Positions 19,789 through 30,045 of a DNA stretch of 64,000 nt are shown here, one piece after another. The position numbers and the translations under genes were made by a program. The stretch covers positions 1,792,001-1,856,000 of the forward strand of contig CBDBCY010000004.1 in the NCBI GenBank assembly GCA_965203555.1, read 5' to 3'. Source of the DNA: Acidimicrobiia bacterium. Its GTDB lineage: Bacteria > Actinomycetota > Acidimicrobiia > Spongiisociales > ZC4RG35. A model generated the notes under the pieces. The model made no database searches and was not told where the DNA came from. It saw only the letters and a program-made list of their open reading frames with translations. Numbering within the stretch: the stretch's first letter is position 1; each line of letters begins with the position of its first letter.

Positions 19789-21387
19789 CTATTCCCCGCT
19801 CATCGCCCGGAGTTCCCGTTTGAGAATCTTCCCCTGCGTATCGATGGGAAGGCTCTCCACCAGATGTACCGACTTGGGAACCTTGTAACCCGCCAGAGAT
19901 TGCTTGCAGTGGGCGATCACCGCCGCCGGGTCCACCTCGGCGTCCGGGGCCGTGACCGCGAAGGCCGTTACCGCCTCCGACCAGTAGTCGTCGGGAACGC
20001 CGACCACCGCCACCTGCATGATTCCCGGATATCCGTACAGCACCCGCTCCACCTCCTGGCTGGAGACGTTCATGCCGCCGCTTTTGATCATGTCCTTTTT
20101 GCGGTCGAAGAAGAACAGGTTCCCGTCACTGTCGATTCTCACCAGGTCGCCGGTCCGAAGCCACCCGTCGCGGAAGGTCTCGGCGGTCTTTTCGGGATCT
20201 CGATAGTAGCCGACCATGGCGGAAGGCGAACGGCAGGCCAACTCTCCTATCTCAGCCGGCTGATCGTCGTCGTCGAACACCGCTATCTCCAACTGCGGCA
20301 CGGCCTTGCCGATCCAGGTGGGGTCGCCGCCGGGGATCTCATCCAGGTTGCGGAACCATCCCACCGAGCCCAACTGGGTGAGTTCGGACTGGCCCCAGTA
20401 GGTGGCCCACAACACGTCGGGGTTGGCCCTGGCCCAACCGTCCAGCATCGCCTGGGGAACCGTGCCTCCGTAGGTGATGCAGCGGCGCAGGCTCGAGAAG
20501 TCGTAGTCCTCGAAGCCCTCCACCTGCGTCATCGCCAGGTAGAAAGTGGGAGTCTGCGCCATGATGGTGACCTTCTCATCCGCCATCATCTTGGCCGCCT
20601 TGGGCGGATCCACCGCGTGGACCAGCACCAACGTGGCGCCCAGCAGGGTGAGGGTGGTCATGCTGCCCAACCCGGCGATGGTGAAGAACGGCATCAGGAA
20701 CAACCAGATCTCGTCGGGGGCGATTCCCAGCGCCGACTGCCAGGCGGGGGTGGTGGAGATCAGGTAGTTGCGGTGGGGGATCATCACCCCCTTGGGGTAG
20801 GCCTCGGTGCCGCTGGTGTACTGGATGATCGCCAGGTCGTTCTCGCCCACCTCGGCTTGGGGCTCGGAGGCGTCGCGGTCCTCTCCCACCAGGGTGGATA
20901 TCCGGGTCCAGTGCCCGGGCCCCGCGTCGGAGACCACGTCGGAAACCATGAAGTGCTCCACGCCGGCCAGCTGCTCGGCGATCGGCGCGAAACGATCCAC
21001 GAACACCGATTCCGCCACTATCACCTTGGGGCTGCAGTGGTCGACCTGGTAGGTGATCTCCCGGGCCGTGAAGGTGAAATTGATGCCGGTCAGCGCCGCG
21101 CCCAGCTTGATGGTGGCGTAGTAGATCGCCACGTAGTCGGGGCTGTTGCGAGACATTATCGCCACCACGTCGCCCCGCCCCACTCCTCGCTCCGACAGGG
21201 CATGCGCCAAACGGTTGACCATGCGGTTCAACGACTCGTAGGTGTGAACCTCCCGCTCACCCTCGGTGGTGTAGAAGATCAGGGCGGGTTTGCGGGGCTG
21301 CAGTCGGGCGTTGCGCCGCAACTGGTCCCCGATCGTCGCCCGACCTATGACTGTGTCTCGCTGGTGCATTCCCGTGTCAACAATCAT
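19789..21387 (-). CDS. Acyl-CoA synthetase
   Basis: YTSGTEAYPKG, WGQSE, GWLRTGD, RKKDMIKSGG, GKILKRELR. Confidence 0.93.
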   Translation of the reverse strand: MIVDTGMHQRDTVIGRATIGDQLRRNARLQPRKPALIFYTTEGEREVHTYESLNRMVNRLAHALSERGVGRGDVVAIMSRNSPDYVAIYYATIKLGAALTGINFTFTAREITYQVDHCSPKVIVAESVFVDRFAPIAEQLAGVEHFMVSDVVSDAGPGHWTRISTLVGEDRDASEPQAEVGENDLAIIQYTSGTEAYPKGVMIPHRNYLISTTPAWQSALGIAPDEIWLFLMPFFTIAGLGSMTTLTLLGATLVLVHAVDPPKAAKMMADEKVTIMAQTPTFYLAMTQVEGFEDYDFSSLRRCITYGGTVPQAMLDGWARANPDVLWATYWGQSELTQLGSVGWFRNLDEIPGGDPTWIGKAVPQLEIAVFDDDDQPAEIGELACRSPSAMVGYYRDPEKTAETFRDGWLRTGDLVRIDSDGNLFFFDRKKDMIKSGGMNVSSQEVERVLYGYPGIMQVAVVGVPDDYWSEAVTAFAVTAPDAEVDPAAVIAHCKQSLAGYKVPKSVHLVESLPIDTQGKILKRELRAMSGE

Positions 21388-21412
21388 CTCGGCGTCCTCC
21401 TTGCGTCTTCTT

Positions 21413-21832
21413 TCATGCCGACGTCACATCTTCTCTGCTCCGGCGTCTGGTTTCGACCAGCCGAACGGCCTCTTCAACAATGTCCGAAAACGCCGAACCC
21501 GGGGGAAAGGTCGAGACTCCCCGGGCCGCCAGGGCGGACCGGTGCTGGGGCTGGATGGTGCCACCCAGCATCACCCCCACGTCGGGTGCGGAGTTCTCCA
21601 GTTCATCCAGGATCCGCATCACCACCGCCAGACTACCCCCCACATTCAGGCCCACCAGATCGGCGTCCTCCTGAACTGCGGCTGCCGCTATCTCGTCGGC
21701 GGTCGCCATCCCCAGATAGATCACCTCGAATCCGGCGTCCCGCAGGACATGGACCACCACCGCCGGGCCTCTCCAATGGCCGTCGAGGGCCGTCTTGGCA
21801 AACAACACCTTGCCGGGCTGATCAACGCTCAA
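21413..21832 (-). CDS. Cobalamin-binding small subunit of an acyl-CoA mutase
   Basis: DxHxxG motif LDGHWRG, LRDAGFEVIYLG, AAVQEDAD, GGTI. TTG start overlaps the large-subunit stop. Confidence 0.9.
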   Translation of the reverse strand: MSVDQPGKVLFAKTALDGHWRGPAVVVHVLRDAGFEVIYLGMATADEIAAAAVQEDADLVGLNVGGSLAVVMRILDELENSAPDVGVMLGGTIQPQHRSALAARGVSTFPPGSAFSDIVEEAVRLVETRRRSREDVTSA

Positions 21833-23463
21833 AATGAGATCGGAACCTCCCAGTCGCCGAACACGTCCCCGAACACGTCCCCGAATTCGCCCAGTGTGGC
21901 CTGGGCCGCCACCGCCTCCATCACCGCCGGCATGATGTTTTCCTCCCCGCGGCAGGCAGTCTCCAACTCGCGCAGCGCGGCCGCCGCCGCCCTCCCGTCC
22001 CGTTCCCGGCGCACCGAGCGCAATCTCTCCATCGACTTCTCCCAGACCCCCTCCACCGGCTCGAAGCCGCCCATCTCCCACGGCGCCACATCCTCGGTAA
22101 AGGCGTTGACCCCCACCACAGTTTTCGTCCCCCAGTTGACCGCCTCGGCGAGATCGACCTGATTGACGGCCGCCAGGGAGTGAAGCCACCCTTCGTCCAG
22201 CACCGCCGCGAAACCGCCCCGGCTCTCGATCTCCTCGAACATCTCCCAGGCCCGGGCCTCCAGTTCGGCGGTGAGGGCCTCCACGTAGTGGGACCCGCCC
22301 AGAGGGTCGGCCACTGCGGGGATGTTGGTCTCGTGGTGGAGTATCTGCTGGATCCGAAGCGACATCTGGTGGGCGTGCTCGGAAGGGATGGACATGGCTT
22401 CGTCATAGGTGGCCACCCCCAGCGACTGCGTGCCTCCCAGCACGGAGGCCATTGCCATGATGGTCCCTCGGGCGATGTTGTTGAGAGGCTGCTGGTAGGC
22501 CAGAGCCGAACCGGCCGTCACGATGTGAATCCGCAGCCGGGTGGCGCGCTCGTCGGTGATCCCGTACCTTCGTCCCAGCAGCTCGGCCCACATCTTGCGT
22601 GCGGCTCGCATCTTGCAGATGTCCTCGAAGAAGTCCATCGCCACTCTGAGATTGATACCCCCCACCATGTAGGCGAGCTTCGCCAGGTTCTCCGGCGCCC
22701 GGCGTTTGATCTCGTCCAGATACACCACTGCGTTGGCAAACAGGGCGGCCAGTTCCTGGTAGGCGTTCAAACCGGTGTCGGCTGCGTTGTAGGCGGCGAT
22801 CGAGACCGGAACCCAGCGGGGCAGGTGCTGCCCGCAGAACTCGATGATGTCGGTATTGAGCCGGATCCCCGCCTCGGTGGGAATCTGCCGTTTGGGAATA
22901 CAGCCCAGGTAGGTGAGGAAGAAATCGCTCTGCCCGGTCCCGGCCAGCCGGGTGAGATCCAAGCCGCGGCGCTGCGCCACCGTCCAGTAGCACCCCAGGG
23001 CGAAGGGCGCGTGCTGGACCACCGCTCCCCCGGGATGGGCGTAGTAGTGGCCCATGTCGATCCCGTCCAGGATCGTCTCGTAGTCCCGGACGCTCTGGAT
23101 CACCGCCCCGGTCTGTCCCACGTCTTCCCGCCGGGCCACCACCTCGGGATGATCCACGTTGTAGAGATGGTCGGCGGTGTTGCGGTCGTGCTCCATGATG
23201 AAGCCCGTCTCTCCCTGGTTCAGCAGGAACATGATTCGCTCCCGCTCGTCCTCTGGATTGCCATGCCCACTCAGTTGGAACACCCGCCAAGGCTTGGTCC
23301 GGTACATGCCCGGATACGCCCCACGCAGGTACGGCGGGACACCTGGTGGTCCCTTCCCCGCCTCTTGGGCCTGGGGAGCCACGTCGTCGGGACCGTACCA
23401 ACCTCGGAGCGGGATACCCGAGGCGGTGAAGTACCGATCGGAATTGCTCTGCTCAGATCTCAT
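21829..23463 (-). CDS. B12-dependent acyl-CoA mutase large (substrate-binding) subunit, methylmalonyl-CoA mutase family
   Basis: TASGIP, PGVPPYLRGAYPGMYR, QQPLNNIAR, LGGTQSL, YDEA, DPLGGSHYVEALT, VVGVN. Confidence 0.92.
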   Translation of the reverse strand: MRSEQSNSDRYFTASGIPLRGWYGPDDVAPQAQEAGKGPPGVPPYLRGAYPGMYRTKPWRVFQLSGHGNPEDERERIMFLLNQGETGFIMEHDRNTADHLYNVDHPEVVARREDVGQTGAVIQSVRDYETILDGIDMGHYYAHPGGAVVQHAPFALGCYWTVAQRRGLDLTRLAGTGQSDFFLTYLGCIPKRQIPTEAGIRLNTDIIEFCGQHLPRWVPVSIAAYNAADTGLNAYQELAALFANAVVYLDEIKRRAPENLAKLAYMVGGINLRVAMDFFEDICKMRAARKMWAELLGRRYGITDERATRLRIHIVTAGSALAYQQPLNNIARGTIMAMASVLGGTQSLGVATYDEAMSIPSEHAHQMSLRIQQILHHETNIPAVADPLGGSHYVEALTAELEARAWEMFEEIESRGGFAAVLDEGWLHSLAAVNQVDLAEAVNWGTKTVVGVNAFTEDVAPWEMGGFEPVEGVWEKSMERLRSVRRERDGRAAAAALRELETACRGEENIMPAVMEAVAAQATLGEFGDVFGDVFGDWEVPISF

Positions 23464-23522
23464 GAAGGAAGGGGATTCGGCCCGTTGCCCATGGCCCTCA
23501 TCATATAGACCACTCGGTCGGT

Positions 23523-23720
23523 CTATTCCATGATCTTCTGGATTCGCGGGTCGAATTCGTCTTTGAGTCTGGGGAGGAGATCCAGCATCCACGCTCTGAT
23601 CTCGTCCTGCTTCTCCGGTGGGTCCGCGACAGAGCCCTCTCTGCGTATGTTGATCTCCGAGAAGTAATACCGGCTGTGTCTGCGCCAGTCCCATTCCGCG
23701 GCTGCCCCCACCGTTCGTTT
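23523..23720 (-). pseudogene. Gene remnant resembling the C-terminus of DUF4268-type proteins
   Basis: EWDWRRH...IRREGSVADPPEKQDEIRAWMLDLLPRLKDEFDPRI with no convincing N-terminus. Confidence 0.4.
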
Positions 23721-23724
23721 GCGT

Positions 23725-24138
23725 TCATGTAGTTTCTTGTTCCTTCCTGATACCACTATCACCGCGCCTGATAGCGAAATCGCGACGATCCCGGTACAAG
23801 AGCGCCCGATTCAACACGTAGTCATCCGAATCCAAATCGATATGCGGACAATCCGTCATCGTCCAGTACTTGTGGTCCCCCAGGAACAGGTACTTTCGCT
23901 TCTGGTGGAAGAACCGGCATTCCACGCCCTCACCGGCAGCGATCCTCGCACAGAACGCAGCCAGGAGCTCTTGCTGGCCGTCCTTTTTGATCACCACGTA
24001 TTCGTGGGGCCAGGAGTCCCGGTAGGTCACCGCCTCCCGCCACGGAGCGCGGGAAATCAATCCCATAATGTCACCAATTTGATCTCTCAACACCAAACCT
24101 CCTTCATGCCAGTCCACGCTATCCGCCCCCTGCGACAA
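23725..24138 (-). CDS. Hypothetical protein (PHEY...KYWTM...LNRA pattern)
   Basis: 137-aa ORF with protein-like composition: WREAVTYRDSWPHEYVV, YLFLGDHKYWTM. Confidence 0.65.
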   Translation of the reverse strand: MSQGADSVDWHEGGLVLRDQIGDIMGLISRAPWREAVTYRDSWPHEYVVIKKDGQQELLAAFCARIAAGEGVECRFFHQKRKYLFLGDHKYWTMTDCPHIDLDSDDYVLNRALLYRDRRDFAIRRGDSGIRKEQETT

Positions 24139-24322
24139 GTCTTGGAGGTCACCCCCACAAACCCCCCGGCCGCATCAAGGCCTACGAAGTGGGCATTCTC
24201 AATCCCGGGGGGACGACTGCGCGTGATATAAAATGGGTCTTGCCGATTGGAAGTGTTAGGAGGGGAACAAGACGGTAACCGTTGAAACGAGAAGGCGACA
24301 CTCTTCCTGAGGAGGTAGAGCC

Positions 24323-25012
24323 ATGGCAACGAAAACAATCAACAAGCTGGAAGCTCTGGCACTGATCGTGGGACCTGTGCTGGCGTTGCTGTTCTTCCTG
24401 CTGGAGCCGGGAGGGATACTCATCGATCCTGCAGAGATAGGCGACGCCGTGGGGGCTATCACCGCTCTTGCATCGAACCGCGAATTGGCTCACATCTCCG
24501 CGCTCCTGGTGCCGCCGGGCCTGGTGATGATGCTCTACGGGCTGGCAGGAATCAACCGGGTGATCCAGGGAGAGACGATGGCGGCCGCCCTGTCGCGCCT
24601 GAGCATTCTGTGCGTGGTGATGGGCGCCACCGGCTGGATCCTCACGGCCGGTCTGACTCACGTCCTCGCCCAGACTTCGATCGACATTGAACAGGGGATT
24701 CAGCAGGCCATACCGATCTACAGAGTGGATTACGCCATCGCACTCATCTCGGGCGTCCTGGTCTCAACCGGGGTCCTCGCCTTCAGCCTGGGGATGTCAG
24801 CCATACATCCTCCCGGTTTCAGCAGGACCGCAGCTTTGGCGATCGCCGCGGTCTCGCTCCTTGCCCTGGTCTCCTTCATCATCGGCCAGACCGGAGCGAG
24901 CCCTGCCATGATCAGTGTGGCCAGAGCATGCTACTTCCCCTGGGTAGCCTGGTTCGTCATGCTTGGCGTGAAGTTCCTAAAGGGGAGTGCTCTCCCGCAG
25001 GCCGGGGGTTGA
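24323..25012 (+). CDS. Integral membrane protein (DUF4386-like)
   Basis: About six hydrophobic segments; strong GAGGAGG RBS. Confidence 0.75.
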   Translation: MATKTINKLEALALIVGPVLALLFFLLEPGGILIDPAEIGDAVGAITALASNRELAHISALLVPPGLVMMLYGLAGINRVIQGETMAAALSRLSILCVVMGATGWILTAGLTHVLAQTSIDIEQGIQQAIPIYRVDYAIALISGVLVSTGVLAFSLGMSAIHPPGFSRTAALAIAAVSLLALVSFIIGQTGASPAMISVARACYFPWVAWFVMLGVKFLKGSALPQAGG

Positions 25013-25143
25013 TGACCATCTGAATCAAAAGTAACGTTGGGCATCGCGAACAGGTCCCCACCACCCCCCTTTTCCGGGCCGGTCAACTAAACAACACCTG
25101 CTGTCCACCTATTGAATTATCGGCCACGCGCCCACTTTTTCGA

Positions 25144-26043
25144 TTAAAACCCGGGGGTCCTGCGGATGCTCCAATGCACCACGGCAATCCCCAGGGCGGT
25201 GAGAGTCACGCCGATCGTCTCCACCAGGGACAGGGATTGGCTCAATGCCACCCAGGCTGTCAACGTGCCCACTATTGGCTCGGAGGTGGCGGCCACTCCC
25301 GTCGGGCCGGGGCTGATGTGACGCAGAGCGCTCATCAGGAGCAGATACCCTATGCCCATTGCAATGATCGACACCCATACCACTCCCATCCAGCCGGCAA
25401 GGGAAAGTTGAGGGATGTTGACCGGAAGCACCGCCAACCAGATCACGGCGGCGATGGTCAGGCTGTATGAACTGTAGGTGAGAGGATGGAGAGTCTTGCC
25501 CAGTTTCTCCGCGGTGATGGTCAGGGCGGCGTAGAAGACCGCAGCTGACAAACCGGCCATTATGCCTATCGCATCCGCGTAGTCGGCGGTAAAGGCGCCG
25601 GTTATCAGCCCGATACCCACCACCGCCGCCACCGCGCCCATCCAGCCGGTTACGGGCACGACCATACGCTGCACCAGACGCCTCCACACCAACATCAGGA
25701 TCGGCCCCAGGTACTGGATGGTGATACCCGGGCCTACTCCCAAACGTTCGACCGCCACAAAGAACGCAAAAGTGATCGCCGCGGTGATCACACCCTGCAG
25801 CACCAGTAGCCCGAACCTTCCCCCATGGTGAATCAGGCCCTTTCGAGCCGCTATCAGGGAGATGAAAGCCGCGGCCAGCACCAAGCGATACTGATTGAGC
25901 TCAGCCGGACTGAACGAGGAAAAGAGACCGGCCGCCACCGTGCCTGAGATGCCAAACAGAATCCCGCCCGAAAGAGCCATGGCAAAGCCCACACCCGGTC
26001 GCCGAGACAGAGGGGCCGGGTCCGCAGATATCGTCATTCCCAC
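25144..26043 (-). CDS. EamA/DMT family transporter
   Basis: About ten TM segments, IQYLGP and SEPIV motifs. Confidence 0.88.
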   Translation of the reverse strand: MGMTISADPAPLSRRPGVGFAMALSGGILFGISGTVAAGLFSSFSPAELNQYRLVLAAAFISLIAARKGLIHHGGRFGLLVLQGVITAAITFAFFVAVERLGVGPGITIQYLGPILMLVWRRLVQRMVVPVTGWMGAVAAVVGIGLITGAFTADYADAIGIMAGLSAAVFYAALTITAEKLGKTLHPLTYSSYSLTIAAVIWLAVLPVNIPQLSLAGWMGVVWVSIIAMGIGYLLLMSALRHISPGPTGVAATSEPIVGTLTAWVALSQSLSLVETIGVTLTALGIAVVHWSIRRTPGF

Positions 26044-26181
26044 CCCAGACTATGCCGGGCAGTTACAGGCAGATCCGGATTCTGCCGACCGGCACGCCAA
26101 TACCCCGATCGCCGCCGGACGACCTGACGGTAATCTGAATTCCGTTCCGACAAACCGACTCCCCCTCCTTTGGTCCTTCCC

Positions 26182-28302
26182 ATGAAATCTTCCGGCTCGC
26201 CTGCGGCCACCTATCGCATCGGGGTCGACATCGGAGGCACTTTCACCGACCTGCTGCTGATCGACGACCGCGCCGGGTATACGCAGGTGGGTAAGGTGCT
26301 GACCACTCCTGACGACCCTTCCCGGGGTGTGGAGGAGGTGCTCGTGCAGGCCCTGGAACGGGGCAGCCTGGATGCTTCTCAGATCAGGCACCTGGTCCAT
26401 GGAACAACTCTGGTCACCAACGCCATAATCGAACGCAAAGGTGCTCGCACCGCCCTGCTGACCACCAAGGGATTCCGGGATTCGGTGGAGATAGGGCGGG
26501 AGCACCGGTATGAGCTCTACGACCTGTTCCTAGAGTTGCCCCGGCCCTTGACCCCTCGCCACCTCCGCTTTGACATTGCGGAGCGGACCCTGGCCGGCGG
26601 GGAACGGATCCAGGAAGTGGATGAAGCCATGGTCGAAGCCTTGGCGACCGAATTGGCCGATCGTGGGATCGAGGCGGTGGCCATCAGCTTCCTGCACAGT
26701 TTCACCAATCCGACCAATGAACAGGCCGCCCACCGGGCGGTCAACCGAGCGGCGCCAGAATTGCGGGTCTCGATTTCCTCGGAGGTGGCGCCCGAGATAC
26801 GGGAGTACGAACGCACCTCCACCACCATCGCCAACGTCTACGTCCAACCCCTGGCTGAGCAATACCTGCAGGACCTGGAGGGACGATTGGACGACCTGGG
26901 GTTTGGGGGATCGTTCTTCGTGATGCTGTCGTCAGGAGGCATCGCCACCGTGGATACCGCCACTCGCTTCCCGATCAGACTTCTCGAATCCGGCCCCGCC
27001 GCCGGGGCCTTGGCAGCCGCCACTCTCGGCGCGGAAGTGGGGGTGGCAGACCTGCTTTCCTTCGATATGGGCGGCACAACCGCCAAGCTGTGCGTGATAT
27101 CGGAAGGGCGTCCGGAGGTCACCTACGACTTTGAAGTAGACAGGCGATACCGCTTCCGCAAAGGTTCAGGCCTTCCGGTCAAGACCCCGGTCATCGAGAT
27201 GATCGAGATCGGGGCAGGAGGAGGATCGATCGCTCGTATCAACCAACTCGGACTCCTCAAGATCGGCCCGGAATCGGCCGGTTCGGACCCCGGCCCGGTC
27301 TGCTACAGTCTGGGTGGCACTCAACCCACCGTCACCGACGCCGACATCACTCTGGGTTATCTGGATCCCGACTACTTCCTGGGCGGGCGCATGACGTTGG
27401 ATGCCGAAGCTGCCCGCCGCGCCATCACAGCCGAGATCGCCGAGCCGCTGGGACTGTCGGTCACCGACGCCGCCTGGGGCATCCACCAGCTGGTGAACGA
27501 GAACATGGCCAACGCCGCCCGGGTGCATGTGGTGGAGCGGGGCAAGAACCCGCAGGCGCTGCCGGTCATCGCCTTTGGAGGAGCGGGACCGGTCCACGGG
27601 TACCGGGTAGCCGAGTTGACCGGGTGTTCGAGCCTGATACTCCCCCCGTCCGCCGGGGTCACCTCCGCCTTGGGCTTCCTGGTGGCGCCCCTGGCCTTCG
27701 ACTTCGTCCGGTCCTATTACGCCCGACTGGACGATCTCGACTGGGATTATCTGAACCAGATGTTCGCGGACCTCCAGCGTCAGGGAACCCGCCTGTTGAC
27801 CGAGTCGGGCGCCGCCCCCGACGAGATCACCCATACCCGCAGCGTCGACATCCGCTACATCGGACAGGGCCATGAGGTACGGGTCCCGGTTGCCGGCGGC
27901 GTACTGTGCCCCGGGGACCAGCAGGCATTGCATGAGCAATTCGATCGAGTTTATCGGGGTCTCTACGGGCGTTCGGGCCCGGACGTGGGATTGGAAGCCC
28001 TGACCTGGAGGGTGATAAGCGCCGGGCCGGCGCCCGCCACCACTCGCCAGGCAACCGGTGGACGCGGCGGGGAGCGGGCGGCTCTCAAGGGAAGCAGACC
28101 CGCCTACTTCCCCGAATACGCAGGGTTCCGGGATACCCCCGTCTACGACCGGTACCAGCTGCGAGAGGGTGACCGGATTGAGGGACCGGCCATCATCGAA
28201 GAACGGGAGTCGACCGCCGTGATCGGCCCCGACAGCGAAATCCGGGTGGACGCCCGGCTCAACCTGGTGGTGTCACTCGAACGCAGGGACCAGGCAGAAT
28301 GA
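26182..28302 (+). CDS. Hydantoinase/oxoprolinase subunit A
   Basis: GVDIGGTFTD, HGTTLVTNA, LESGPAAG, DMGGTT, IGAGGGS, AFGGAGP. Confidence 0.94.
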   Translation: MKSSGSPAATYRIGVDIGGTFTDLLLIDDRAGYTQVGKVLTTPDDPSRGVEEVLVQALERGSLDASQIRHLVHGTTLVTNAIIERKGARTALLTTKGFRDSVEIGREHRYELYDLFLELPRPLTPRHLRFDIAERTLAGGERIQEVDEAMVEALATELADRGIEAVAISFLHSFTNPTNEQAAHRAVNRAAPELRVSISSEVAPEIREYERTSTTIANVYVQPLAEQYLQDLEGRLDDLGFGGSFFVMLSSGGIATVDTATRFPIRLLESGPAAGALAAATLGAEVGVADLLSFDMGGTTAKLCVISEGRPEVTYDFEVDRRYRFRKGSGLPVKTPVIEMIEIGAGGGSIARINQLGLLKIGPESAGSDPGPVCYSLGGTQPTVTDADITLGYLDPDYFLGGRMTLDAEAARRAITAEIAEPLGLSVTDAAWGIHQLVNENMANAARVHVVERGKNPQALPVIAFGGAGPVHGYRVAELTGCSSLILPPSAGVTSALGFLVAPLAFDFVRSYYARLDDLDWDYLNQMFADLQRQGTRLLTESGAAPDEITHTRSVDIRYIGQGHEVRVPVAGGVLCPGDQQALHEQFDRVYRGLYGRSGPDVGLEALTWRVISAGPAPATTRQATGGRGGERAALKGSRPAYFPEYAGFRDTPVYDRYQLREGDRIEGPAIIEERESTAVIGPDSEIRVDARLNLVVSLERRDQAE

Positions 28303-30035
28303 GCGGTACGGACCCCATCTTCCTGGAGATGCTGTGGAACCGTCTCCTGTCGGTGGTGAACGAACAGCAAGTGGCCCTGATGCGCACGGCTTTCAGCACC
28401 ATCGTCCGGGAGACGCAGGACCTGGCCTGCGGGGTGTTCAATACCGAAGGCGCCATGGTCGCCCAGTCCCTCACCGGCACCCCCGGTCACATCAATGCCA
28501 TGGCCACCGGGATGCGTCATCTGCTGGATGAATACCCCCCCGAGCGGTTGTCGGAGGGTGATGTGATCCTCACCAACGATCCCTGGATGACCGCCGGGCA
28601 GATCAACGACATCACGGTGGCCACTCCCGTGTTCCGGCAGGGCCGGATAGTGGGATACTTCGCCAACACCTGCCACGCCGCCGACATCGGCGGGCGGATC
28701 CTCTCCGCCGAGGCCCGGGAGGTCTACGAGGAAGGGCTGCGCCTGCCCATCATGAAGCTGTTCCGGAAAGGGAACATCAACCGGGACCTCATCAAATTGA
28801 TCCGGGCCAACGTCCGCACCCCCGACGAGACGGTCGGTGATCTCTACGCCCAGACCACCAGCAACGAGGTGGGCGCCCGGGCGTTACTCAAATTCATGGA
28901 CGAGTTCAGCCTCGACTCCATAGATCCGGTGGCGAGGGACATCATGGACCGCTCCGAAGAAGCGATGCGACGCTCGATCGAGACGGTCCCCAACGGTCGG
29001 TACGAACATGAAACTTGGAGCGACGGATTCGAGGAACCCATAAAGATAAAGGTGGCGGTTACCGTCGCCGACCGGGACATCCACATTGATTTCGCGGGTT
29101 CCTCCCCTCAGAGCCGCCGGGGGATCAACGTGGTGTTCAACTACACCCACGCCTACGCCTCCTTTGCCATGAAGGCGGCCGTGAGCCCCGAGGTTCCCCA
29201 CAACGAAGGCGCCTTCCGACCCGTCCACGTGTCGGCGCCGCCCGGGTCCATTTTCAACTGCCAACCGCCGGCCGCGGTCGCCTCGCGGCACATCCTGGGG
29301 CACTTTTTACCGGGAGTGATCTTCGGGGCGCTGGCCGAGGCTCTTCCCCTGATGGCCGCCGGTTCCGATCCGATCTGGATCAGTGTCTTCCGGGGCCGCC
29401 CGCCGGGAAAAAAGGACCTGTTCACCTTCAGCCTCTTCCAGTGCGGAGGAGGAGGCGCCCGGGTGAGCAAGGACGGACTCAGCGCAACCGGGTTCCCGAG
29501 CGGGGTGGCCGGCGTGCCGGCCGAAGCCGTCGAAACCTTGTCGTCACTTGTGCAGCACCGCCGGCAACTCCGAGCAGATTCCGGCGGACCGGGGCGTTTC
29601 CGGGGAGGCTTGGGACAATACACGGAGATGGGATGCCGCACCGACCGGGCTTGGACCATCTCCGCCATGGTGGACCGGATCCGCCATCCCCCGGAGGGGA
29701 TGCTGGGAGGAGGGCCCGGCGCTCGGGGCCAACTGCTCCTCGACGGCCAGGACGAGGGCCAGCCCAAGGCGCTTCTAACCCTGCAGCAGGACCAGCGGGT
29801 GCAGCTCAATCTGCCCGGCGGCGGAGGCTTCGGCGACCCATTGGACCGTGACCTGCAAGCGGTGCTGGCCGACGTGGTGGAGGGTTACGTCACCATAGCA
29901 GGCGCCGAGCGGGACTACGGAGTGGTGATCCGGTACACGGGCGCCCCCGACCAGATGGTCCGCCTGCCCGAGGACTATACGCTGGACACAGAAGCCACAG
30001 AACAACTGCGAGCGGGGCGCCGGCGTTCCGTATAG
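28299..30035 (+). CDS. Hydantoinase B/oxoprolinase subunit B
   Basis: RTAFSTIVRE, TNDPW, YEEGL, DSGGPGRFRGG, PGGGGFGDP. ATGA overlap. Confidence 0.94.
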   Translation: MSGTDPIFLEMLWNRLLSVVNEQQVALMRTAFSTIVRETQDLACGVFNTEGAMVAQSLTGTPGHINAMATGMRHLLDEYPPERLSEGDVILTNDPWMTAGQINDITVATPVFRQGRIVGYFANTCHAADIGGRILSAEAREVYEEGLRLPIMKLFRKGNINRDLIKLIRANVRTPDETVGDLYAQTTSNEVGARALLKFMDEFSLDSIDPVARDIMDRSEEAMRRSIETVPNGRYEHETWSDGFEEPIKIKVAVTVADRDIHIDFAGSSPQSRRGINVVFNYTHAYASFAMKAAVSPEVPHNEGAFRPVHVSAPPGSIFNCQPPAAVASRHILGHFLPGVIFGALAEALPLMAAGSDPIWISVFRGRPPGKKDLFTFSLFQCGGGGARVSKDGLSATGFPSGVAGVPAEAVETLSSLVQHRRQLRADSGGPGRFRGGLGQYTEMGCRTDRAWTISAMVDRIRHPPEGMLGGGPGARGQLLLDGQDEGQPKALLTLQQDQRVQLNLPGGGGFGDPLDRDLQAVLADVVEGYVTIAGAERDYGVVIRYTGAPDQMVRLPEDYTLDTEATEQLRAGRRRSV

Positions 30036-30045
30036 TCAGAAGGCA

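Noticed and set aside
19726-21837. 703-aa plus-strand ORF, and similar long ORFs at 3657..5300, 22180..23508 and 48110..50395
   Set aside because: Antisense shadows of real high-GC genes; no recognisable motifs.
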